NCBI GenBank assembly: GCA_028534125.1
Contig: CM052816.1
Coordinates: forward strand, 45,014,001 to 45,078,000
Direction: 5' to 3'
Source: Lama glama
Lineage: Eukaryota
DNA: 64,000 nt
Positions within the stretch are counted from its first letter, which is position 1. Each line of letters begins with the position of its first letter. This document shows positions 54,170-64,000 of the stretch, one piece after another. Under the pieces are notes generated by a model that was not told where the DNA came from, made no database searches, and was given only the letters and a program-made list of their open reading frames with translations. Position numbers and translations under genes: made by a program.

Positions 54170-55300
54170 AGACCCGCCCCGGGCGGCCGGCGATAGGCGG
54201 AGCCGCGTTTGTTAGCCTGTTGCTAAGGCGATGCCAGGCTCTGATTGGATTGGGCGCGGGCGGGTGGGGAGAGTGGGCTCACCGGCTGGGGCGAGGCTTG
54301 GAACCGGCGTGCGCCGGTAAAGGTCCCTCCTGAGCGGCCGCCCCCGCCCCTCCTTGCGTCCTTGCCCCGGCTTCTAGAGGCGCCCGTGGCTCATGTCACA
54401 TACCGTTCTGTCGCCCCTCACCTCGGCCTGCTGGCAGCCCCCGGAAAGAGCGGCTTAGGTTTCGACAGAGTGGAGGGGAGAAGCCCCTGCCGGCCTCCCA
54501 GGTGCCGAATGGCTCTGGGCGCAACTTTTTAGCTGACGATCCTATTCATAGTTGGGCGGGGCGGGCTGGCGGGATCCCATTTTCCAGTTTTTCGGCTGGA
54601 AGTTGTCAGGCAGCTTCTGCGAACGCTCGTCTGCCTCTAGCCGAAACAGCGAGTTTCCCGGTCTGTGCAGTCACCGGACGGGCTACCTTGGTTTGACCTG
54701 AGGGGAGAGAGCAAAGGCTGGCCAGAAGAGGAAAGTGGCACTAACGTCAAAAGCTGGGTGGGGTGCGGGCCTCGGCGAGTATTCCCTGCCCCTCCCCATT
54801 GTTTCTCGGGGCTGTTGCGTTCCCCACCCTCCTCGCCGTCGCCCCAGTTTCCCTCTCCTCAACTGTAAAGGTGTCAGGGTGGCCCAAGCCAGATCGAACC
54901 GGTCACCGGCTGGGGCGTGTAAAGCGGAAGCGCCGCAGCGCGCTCGCCCCGCCCTCCCCCGCCAGCAGGCTAGGCTGCGCGGCCGCGAGCGCGAGCGCCG
55001 CGCGACGTATGCCGTATGTATAGCGGGGCGCGCGGGCGGCGGCGGCGGCGCGCGGGCGGGCCGGCTGGGATCTGCTCGCGCCGGTTTAGGCCGGTCCTCT
55101 CCTGCTCCGGTCTAGTTCTTGATTGACAGCCCGGCACTTGTTTACCACCGCGCGGCCGCCGCCGCCACTCTCCTCAATGAGACTGCTGAGCTGGCACAAA
55201 AAGGGAGCAAGAAGGAAGAAAGGGAGAGGAGGCAAACTTTCGGCGCCTTCGTGGGGAGCGAATTTAAATGGCCCCCAACTCGTAAGGCAGTTTTCGGTGC
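54170..55300. promoter_or_regulatory. Intron-1 CpG island (second promoter, probable antisense lncRNA or alternative TSS)
   Basis: Very GC- and CpG-rich; GC boxes, paired ATTGG, ETS-like GCGGAAG at ~54924, (GGC)5, and FOXO site TTGTTTAC at 55138-55145. Human ARRDC3-AS1 starts in ARRDC3 intron 1 (recalled). Confidence 0.8.
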
Positions 55301-56169
55301 TGAAATTTGTGCAGAGGATCTGTACAGGGAGCAAGGAAAATACTACTGAGATAGAAGCGAGTCGTCGTGGTTTTTGAACATAAGTAACCACGTATTGGAG
55401 CCTTTTTTTTGTCCCTTTTCTCCTTTGATGGGAGGGAAGCATCACGTTTTTTGTGTATATACAGTACTCTGGTGACGGAAAGTTACCAATTTCTTCTACT
55501 CTCGTAGTTAATGATGAAGCTTTCTACACCGAGAAAATTACATTAGGAAGACATGTACTTAAATTACCTAGTCAGAACTCTTTGGAAAAAAAAAAAATCT
55601 TCTTAAGAATCCAGAACCACCTCCCGTACTTCACTATGTTTATTTCGGAGACGTTTTTTAAAAAACTGACCAAAAGAAATTGGTTATAAAATGAAAGGTC
55701 AGCCCTCTTTTCTAGCAATTGGCAACAACCTAGTTCATTTTTCAAGGGTGTTTCCCATTTAGCAGGCACCTTTGAAACCTAAGGTATATTTTATATAAAT
55801 GCACATTTTTAGCTATTGCTCACGCAGCCTGGGTGTTGTCATCATTTTAGGTTCAATAAGAATTTTTATTTTTAGCTATGAAACTGACATTAAAATCACT
55901 GTTCCTTTTTTTTTTTAACTCCAGATCTATTTGACAGCTTTTTTTTAATGGTTTTAGAGTTGTCACATTCACATCTTCTGTATCAAAACTGACATTTTAA
56001 AAGGTTTACGTGAAGTTTTCATTTTATATAGTCTTAACAAGATTAATTTAAGTAAATAGTAAAGACTAAGGTAACATCTTAGTATGAGGGTTGAGATCTT
56101 AGTGTTTTGTTGAGCGTGTATTGTATGAGATGTAGACATTTCAGTTAGGGTCGTTTTCCATTTAAAAAC

Positions 56170-56310
56170 CACCTATGCAGCATAAGTATTAATTATCCCC
56201 ATTCCACAGATGAAGTAACTGAAGACAGGACTTTTATTTTACTGAGAGGAAGTGATGAAGTTGGAATTTGAACTCAGATCTCTCAGACTCCAAAGTTTGT
56301 GGCCTGAATT
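56170..56310 (-). mobile_element. MIR in intron 1
   Basis: ttatccccattccacagatgaagtaactgaagacag...ggaatttgaactcagatct. Confidence 0.75.
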
Positions 56311-56398
56311 ACTATGTAAGCACCTTTAAAGTTATGCCATGGCAAAGAGAGTGTAAAGGTGTAATAATAAGTTTTTTGTTCTTTTCTGTTTGTTTTAG

Positions 56399-56480
56399 AT
56401 GATGATAATTCTGAAGAAGGCTTCAACACTATTCATTCAGGAAGGCATGAATATGCTTTCAGCTTTGAGCTTCCACAGAC
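56399..56480 (+). CDS. ARRDC3: ARRDC3 exon 2 (82 nt)
   Basis: Pyrimidine tract plus ttag| acceptor; DDDNSEEGFNTIHSGRHEYAFSFELPQT; donor AC|GTAAGT; phase fits exon 1. Confidence 0.98.
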
Positions 56481-58345
56481 GTAAGTATTTTATAACAGGC
56501 GTTTTTCATAAACATCCATTCTTCTGAAATGAAACTTATTCAAAATTTAATTATTTTTAGTTTAAAAAAAAAACCCTTTTCATTAAACTTGCTAGAGGAA
56601 AACAATATACTCAAAAAAGAGACAAGCTATTTTTTTTTTAATCTAGTGTGGCAAAATTATAGAAAGCAAAGTTCAACTCATGGTACTCTGTCTCAAGATT
56701 TATAAGGTTTTTAAAACTTAAATGCATTTCATTTAGTGAGTGAATTGAAAGTTGCTAATTAAAATAGTGCTTAATATTTAGTTTGTTATCAGCGTTAACA
56801 GAGAAGGTAGAACATACCAGGTCTCACTTAGTAGTTTATAAAAAGTCAGTGTTTTATCTTTTCTAGTGATGCTAACCAACAGCAGTAAGCTAAGAAGATC
56901 AAAATAATTAGGGATATCCTAGCTTTAGAAGCATTTATGCGTGTGTATGTGTATATATATATATATATGAATTCATTAGCTTCTGTGAGAAGAGCTATTG
57001 AGAAGGTCACACGAGATGTTATAACCTGAGCATGAAAGGAAACATCTCTCAGATACCTAAATTACCTTAACATAAGGCTTGGAATCTAGTATGAAAGAAA
57101 GAAGGAAAGTATTATATTCTCAATGTAGTAACAAATCGTTAGAAGTTATACAAAAAACAATTTTTAATAATGCCTAAACAGGTGTTAAAAACCTCAAAGT
57201 GGCACTTATACTGATTTTTCTGAAGGATAAACTTTAATTCTAATACTTAATATATGCGGATGGGGTTTATAAAGGGTATTTTTAAGAATATTCTATTTAT
57301 CATATTATTTAAGAACATTTTTAACATAATGCCCTAATTACTTTGAGAGAAAAAAATTTAAGTCTCTGAATACAGCAGGGCTAATACAGTTGGGACTGAA
57401 TATTTTCAAAGAACAGATAATTTAGTATGTTTCTTAAAAATTCTATCAGTAAACCAAAGTCATTTAATACAAACTCCAGAAGACTAGCACAGATCCTGCA
57501 TTTTATTTCTCTGTGCTATCCAAGTTAATGCAGGAATCTAAAATGCAAAAAAAGAGAAAAAAGTAAAACACCACTACTCCTAAGCTAGCATGCTACCTTG
57601 TAAAAGACCAAACTTCGGGCATTTTTCTAACAAAATTATGAAAAAAGAGACTCAATTCACTGAAATAAAATCTTTCACAAGTAGTAAAATCTGGGAGAGT
57701 TGAGAAAGAATTCTGATTCTCTTGTGTAGAGCAATAGGAAAGATTCTTTTCCTAAGTCTATAGTGTAGTTAGAAAACATCACCAAAAAGAGTTAGAACAT
57801 AAGTAAACTGGGAAATGTAAATGCAGTTTTCTAGAGTTTCAGTGGACTTAATGAAATATGAAAAATTTTTTGAAACTATAATGACTATTCCAGGCCTTTT
57901 CTAGATCTTAATTAGTTGGTATAAAAAGAGATAATAATAACTTGTAGCTAATGAAAAGTAGAATGCCATAGAGAATTTGGTCTGAATATTTGACCAGTGT
58001 CTAGAATTTCTCAATAGAAATAGTTAAACCATTCTTAACTTTATTTTTAAAGTAAAATCTTGACCTTTTCAAGAACTATTTATTTCCAGACTTTCATAAT
58101 TTTGCCACAAGCATTAAAGTAGCCTCTTCTTAAAGAGATTGTATTCTGGCTTTTTTAAGCAAAATTTCTGTAATATTTAACAATTACTGTTATTTGAAAA
58201 CAAGGTTTTTTCCCCCAGTGACTTATCCCTTTGGAAATTTTTTAAAATTATGCCTTTGATACCTCATTAATGTATAAACAGTACAATATATTAACACTTC
58301 TATGCTGACCTACTGTATAATTTTCAGAAAGAGGTGTAAGATTAA

Positions 58346-58531
<186 letters not shown>

Positions 58532-59514
58532 TGAATTCTTCATTCTTTATTTTTGGCTTATAAATACTGAAGAATAATTACCTAAACTATGTAATTTTTA
58601 TAATTTTAAAATAGTGGTTTTATTTTTAAATTCCATAAATGTTATTTTCCCAAAACATATACTCATGAGCACACAAATTAATGCAGAATATGCTCATTTT
58701 CTGATTGTAATAACATTAATTTTAAAAGAAAGACCAATATTTGGTAAGAAATACCTTTTACTCATAAGATAATAGCAGTAACAAAAAAATAGATCTGTTC
58801 CCTGAATAATTTTAGTGGAAAAGGAACAGTAGTATCAATTATTATAACAATATCATTTAATTTGAAAATATCATAATCTAAAGTTTGTACTGCATTGCAT
58901 TATTCCATTATAGGGATAGTTGTCAAATGATGGGGAGGTTATCACTGTCATGAAAAACTTAATTCTGTTTTAAATCTTTTTTAATTGCATTTTTCACAAG
59001 ATTCAGATTTGGCTTCAAAAACTTTATTTGGTTTAAGCAAATAATAACATCTTTAAGCAAATAAGAATCTTAAAGATGAGCAATTTGCCTTTTTTTACAA
59101 ATTGAATTTTATATTCTCAAAGAAAGATGTCATTATTTGGGATTATAACCAAGTTGCTTTCCAAGCTGCCTTTTTTTTTTAAGGCAGTTTAAATGGAATG
59201 TGGAAAGGGTTTTTTTTGTTGTTGTTGCTTGGTTGGTTGGTTTTTTTAATTACTGTATATGTAAATAGTGTGGGCTAAAGTATGTTTACAAAATATGGTG
59301 TTAAGCCCTTTACCCTTTTTTCTTTAATTGAATGGGAACTTGTATAAAGACAAAAATACTTCTATATATCAGAAGCCACTGGTTAGTGGAAAAGTATGTT
59401 TGGATACAGGAAAAAAAGCAACATTGCTTTTAATGTTAAATTCTTCAAGAATTTAGGATTGTATTTTAAAACATTCTGTTATTGTCCCAACTCTACATTG
59501 ATCTTTTTCTCTAA

Positions 59515-59661
<147 letters not shown>

Positions 59662-60009
59662 TGATCTTTCTTCCCTTAGCTTTCATGTATAAATTTACAT
59701 TATTTCTACTGAATGCAAACATGATACAGTATTCTTTGGTAAAATAACATAAGTTGTGCTTATCCAGTTTCCTTTCATAAATTAGAATTAAGTCGTCTTT
59801 TTTAGTAGTTACTGTCAATGAGTATTATTTTTATAACTGTAAGTTCCTTGCCACTCTTAGAATCCTGCTTTTTATCCATGTAGTTTATTGAACTTTCAAA
59901 CTTCAGTCTAAGAATCTACATTTGTTTAGGGTTTATTTGTTTGTTTTTTTAACAGTAGGTGTATATATGTGTGTGTGTGTGTGTGTATATAATTTTTTTT
60001 TTCCCCTAG

Positions 60010-60266
60010 GTGAATCAATTCAGATATTTGCTGAGATTGAGAACTGCTCTTCCCGAGTGGTGGTGCCAAAGGCAGCCATTTACCAAACACAGGCCTTCTA
60101 TGCCAAAGGGAAAATGAAGGAAGTCAAACAGCTTGTGGCTAACTTGCGTGGGGAATCCTTATCATCTGGAAAGACAGAGACGTGGAATGGCAAGTTGCTG
60201 AAAATTCCACCAGTTTCTCCCTCTATCCTCGACTGTAGTATAATCCGTGTGGAATATTCGCTAATG
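60010..60266 (+). CDS. ARRDC3: ARRDC3 exon 5 (257 nt)
   Basis: cctag| acceptor; GESIQIFAEIENCSSRVVVPKAAIYQ...IRVEYSLM (arrestin-C domain); donor TG|GTACGT. Confidence 0.98.
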
Positions 60267-60593
60267 GTACGTACAGATTTAAAGGTTTGGGTTTTTTTTT
60301 TTTAAGTCTTAAAAGTCATATGGATATCATTTTGTCTTACATCTAGGATTTGATTTTTTTTTACTCCTTATATGATACGTATAATTACATATAAATCTCT
60401 ATATAGTTAGGATTATAATTACTAATTTTACTTTAGGTAAATGTACCATATAATAGGGTTACACAGTGGAGAAACTTTTCTTGTATATCATAAGTATATA
60501 AATTTTTAAAAATGACATTAAAATTGGGTTATTAGTTATAAAAATGAAATAGTACTTGGTATTCTAAACCTAACATCTCCTTTCATTGTTTAG

Positions 60594-60776
<183 letters not shown>

Positions 60777-61028
60777 TAAACATAATCTATTATTTTTAAG
60801 AACATGATTTTGCTTCTGTTAATTTTATGATTAGATAAACTGTATCTGTACTTGAAGAGAGTAGGTATGCCCCTAATGTTAGGTTTAAAACATCTATGCC
60901 CTTAGTTTTGAACACAAAACAAATAATTGTTACTTTACCTTGACATTCCTTTTTAATACCTACTATTCTGTGTATTTTGACATGCATAAGAACATGCTGT
61001 TCGAATTGCGTGTATCTTTTTCCTTCAG

Positions 61029-61183
61029 CACCACCCAGCTATGCAGAAGTGGTAACAGAGGAACAAAGGCGGAACAATCTTGCACCAGTGAGTGCTTGTG
61101 ATGACTTTGAGAGAGCGCTTCAAGGACCATTGTTTGCATATATCCAGGAGTTTCGGTTCTTGCCTCCACCTCTTTATTCAGAG
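61029..61183 (+). CDS. ARRDC3: ARRDC3 exon 7 (155 nt), carrying both PPxY motifs
   Basis: ttcag| acceptor; APPSYAEVV...RFLPPPLYSE. PPSY at 61031-61042 and PPLY at 61166-61177 are NEDD4-family WW-domain ligands. Donor AG|GTAAGC. Confidence 0.98.
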
Positions 61184-61599
61184 GTAAGCATCAGATCATC
61201 GAGTACAAAATGGGCTGGCTCTCTTGGGAAACAGTATTGCAGAATTTTTTAAAATAGACTTAGGTTTTGATTATCATAAGAGAAAAACAAATAATTTAGA
61301 ACAATAGATTAAAAGATTAAGATTGTCAGTATTTACTAAGTTTGACCCAGAGTCCTCGTATTATTGGGAAAATAAAGATAATGATCTAACCTTATGCTTG
61401 TAAAATGCCAGTTAAAGGGATAATTCATATTTTAAAGCATCCATAGAACTGGCATTTTGCAGTCATTGACCAAATAGCTAGAATTTATCTTATCCATTAT
61501 TCTTTTCCAGTTTAACTTTCGTATTTTAACATTCTCAGTCATTGGGGAAAGAACATATTTGCAGTAACATCTTAACAGCATTCCAGCACTGTTAGATTA

Positions 61600-61950
61600 T
61601 TTTTATTCATCTCAAGTAACTAAGCACTTCCATGAATAAAACATAGCCTTTACTTGGGAAAAGTTTACGGACTGTGAGAAAAACAAACTTAGAAGAAAAA
61701 CATTATATAACAATGTGATGGGAATGCACAGTTCATCTGAGGAGCAGCTTATTGGCCCTTAGGAATCAGGGGGGGCTCCCCTGAGAAAGTGATTGTTAAA
61801 CTGATTCTTGATGGATAAGTAGTCCTCAAATGTAGGATGGTCCAGGCAGGAAAAAAGATAGGTACAAAAGCAAGGAGGTGAGGGGGAAATTCATCAATTT
61901 CAGGATACTTCAGAATGTATATATACATAATACACATTGTGAGATTGGCC
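61600..61950 (-). mobile_element. L2 fragment in intron 7
   Basis: atgaataaaacatag...aatcaggggggctcccctgagaaagtga...ctgattcttgatggataagtag. Confidence 0.55.
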
Positions 61951-63416
61951 TCAGTACCACTATAATAACAATTTCGTCAATCACTAGAATCAGCTTTTTC
62001 CTTTTCATTGCTATAATTTAGACACCTATTTTACAGTGAAATATTACTCCCAAATAAGACATAAAGAGATTGTTTTCTCTCCAATAAATCTCTATTATTT
62101 TTTATTTTTTTCCCCGTAACACCATGACTGGAAGAGTCATTTTTTCCTTAGGATGAGGTTAATATAAAATCTACTTTATTTATTGATTATAGGAAGTTCA
62201 GATCTGTTCTGTTATTACAAATTCTTGATTAGACATAACTTTTCTATTCCACTATTTTAGTTCATAAAATTTTTCAGTAGATGCTGCAAATGTTCTTCCA
62301 CTTGTTAGAAATATGTTACTACATTTTTATTCTGATGTTTCTGTCTTGCTGGTTAAGTTGGTTACTTGTGATTTGATCTGAGGCTTCCTAGCTGTCCAGT
62401 AGGCATTTTAAAAGAATGGTAATCTAAGTATCCACTTTTAAGCAATTTGTTGTAAAATTCTACCACCTTTTAAAATGAACTAAAGATAATTAAGAGAATA
62501 AAAAACTTTTAAAACTTTAAATTGGTTCATGGTGTGATTTAATTATTTAACATCTAACCACTTAAGAGGGGGAACAGTCTTAGATTGTATTAAAGCTGTT
62601 CTGAATTTTTATATTTTTTTCTGTAAAGGACAGTCAGTGAAAGAAAGAAAAATTATTTGACTTCTTTCCTTCAAAAATGTGTTTTCACACCTAAAGTTTC
62701 TGAGGCAGTTTGGATTATTCCATATTTAAATACAAGTAAATGGGTCTTGTCCAAAAGATCTTTCAGTCAAACAAATGTATTAAACCTAACAGTTTGCCTT
62801 CCTGTGTCTATTCTTTTTGTTCCTGAGAAGCAACTAGAATATATTCACTTTTATTAAGTGTATGTACATATGAAAGTCACTAAAGAAATAGAGAAGGTGG
62901 GGAGCCTCTAGAGCATTTTGGATTCAACACTGCTATTTCTTGATACACAAGTGTATTCCTAGGCCCTTTCTAGGGCTTTACATCCACGAGTTATTACCTC
63001 ACATAAGCACAAAGAACTTCCCAAAGCCTAGAGAAGAGATAAACTGAATTTTTTTTAACAGGATGAAATGGCTCCTTTATAAAAGGAGATCACTGCTATG
63101 AAAATGTTTGCCATAGTAGTGTATTTGAGTTATAAGTACTACTGAGCGCTGAGTAAAAAGCTCCATTCTCTGATAAAATTTATCATTAGCTTTTGTGAAA
63201 GAGAACTATTTGGGCATACCTTTATAAATGTTACTGTTAATCTAGCTGAATAGCAGGTACTTTATAGATAATCCTAGTACCCTTTCTTCCCCATACAAGC
63301 TCTCTATGTTCTTCCTGATTGCATTTCTCAACTCATACTCAAAATCTTTGTCCTATTTGGTATATTCTTACTAGACAATATCAAATAACTGTGTTTTTTT
63401 CCTCTTTTCTTTCTAG

Positions 63417-63473
63417 ATTGATCCAAATCCTGATCAGTCAGCAGATGATAGACCATCCTGCCCGTCTCGTTGA
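63417..63473 (+). CDS. ARRDC3: ARRDC3 exon 8, coding part (57 nt including TGA)
   Basis: tctag| acceptor; IDPNPDQSADDRPSCPSR*. Exon lengths sum to 1245 nt = 414 aa plus stop. Confidence 0.98.
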   Translation: MDPNPDQSADDRPSCPSR

Positions 63474-64000
63474 AGGAATACTTGGTTAAATCAAGTTGAC
63501 GTGGATTCCGAACTATATCTCTTCCCTTCCCAGCTGAGGACAGAGAAGTATCTTGGAGACATGTTTTCAGAGGAAGTGGAATTGCTTTTGCCCAGAAAAA
63601 TGACAAATACATGAAACAACCAGTGATCATGCTTTAGAAGCCTACAGCAACATTCTGGGACTGCTCCAACATGCTTGAAGATCTAAGCTTTTCTCCTTTA
63701 AACCTGGCACATACTAAGAGCAGTCTTCTTAGCCTATGGTCATACGTGTCAAGACACCATGTTGTAAAGAGGGATGATGTCCTTCTTTTGATTTGAAAAT
63801 TTGCACATGCTCAATGCTTATATTGTGCAGTTCAATGTCACTACAGCTTTTTTTTTCCATTTATGCCAGACTCTTAATACTCTTTTAAAACTTGTTTGTG
63901 GTGAGCACAACAAGGAACAAAAGCTTTGAAAAAAACTTTAACATGAAAAAAACGCACTGACTTTTTTTTTTAATTTAACATAGCCTGGACTTTACCTGCG
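63474..64000 (+). other. ARRDC3: ARRDC3 3' UTR (continues beyond the window)
   Basis: Follows the stop codon; repeat-free and U-rich; I saw no AATAAA before the window end. Confidence 0.9.

Noticed and set aside
55177..55281. ATG to donor CTC|GTAAGG as an alternative coding first exon
   Set aside because: 105 nt ends in phase 0 but exon 2 needs phase 1, so it cannot supply an in-frame N-terminus.

Overview
Mammalian genomic DNA, most likely a camelid (alpaca, llama or camel). This is inferred from a remnant of what I recall as the camelid Vic-1 SINE and a young cetartiodactyl-type L1 3' end, and from seeing no Alu, B1, Bov-tA, PRE-1 or Can-SINEs. The last ~12 kb hold the complete coding sequence of the alpha-arrestin ARRDC3 on the + strand. 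It has 8 exons totalling 1245 nt (414 aa plus stop), all introns are GT-AG, and there are two PPxY motifs. The gene has a CpG-rich promoter, a second CpG island in intron 1 (the probable antisense lncRNA or alternative promoter), and the start of its 3' UTR. The first ~51 kb are non-coding, filled with old MaLR/ERVL LTRs, L1, L2, MIR and hAT MITEs, plus several CTCF-like motifs. I found no prokaryote-type system and no convincing new protein gene. The best leads are post-transcriptional features of ARRDC3: an in-frame alternative acceptor spanning a (TG)n/Tn tract before exon 5, uORFs inside a possible 5' UTR intron, a pre-miRNA-sized hairpin in intron 7, and antisense splice donors. There are also a few atypical retrotransposition events. 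Repeat subfamily names come from recalled consensus sequences and their boundaries are approximate.
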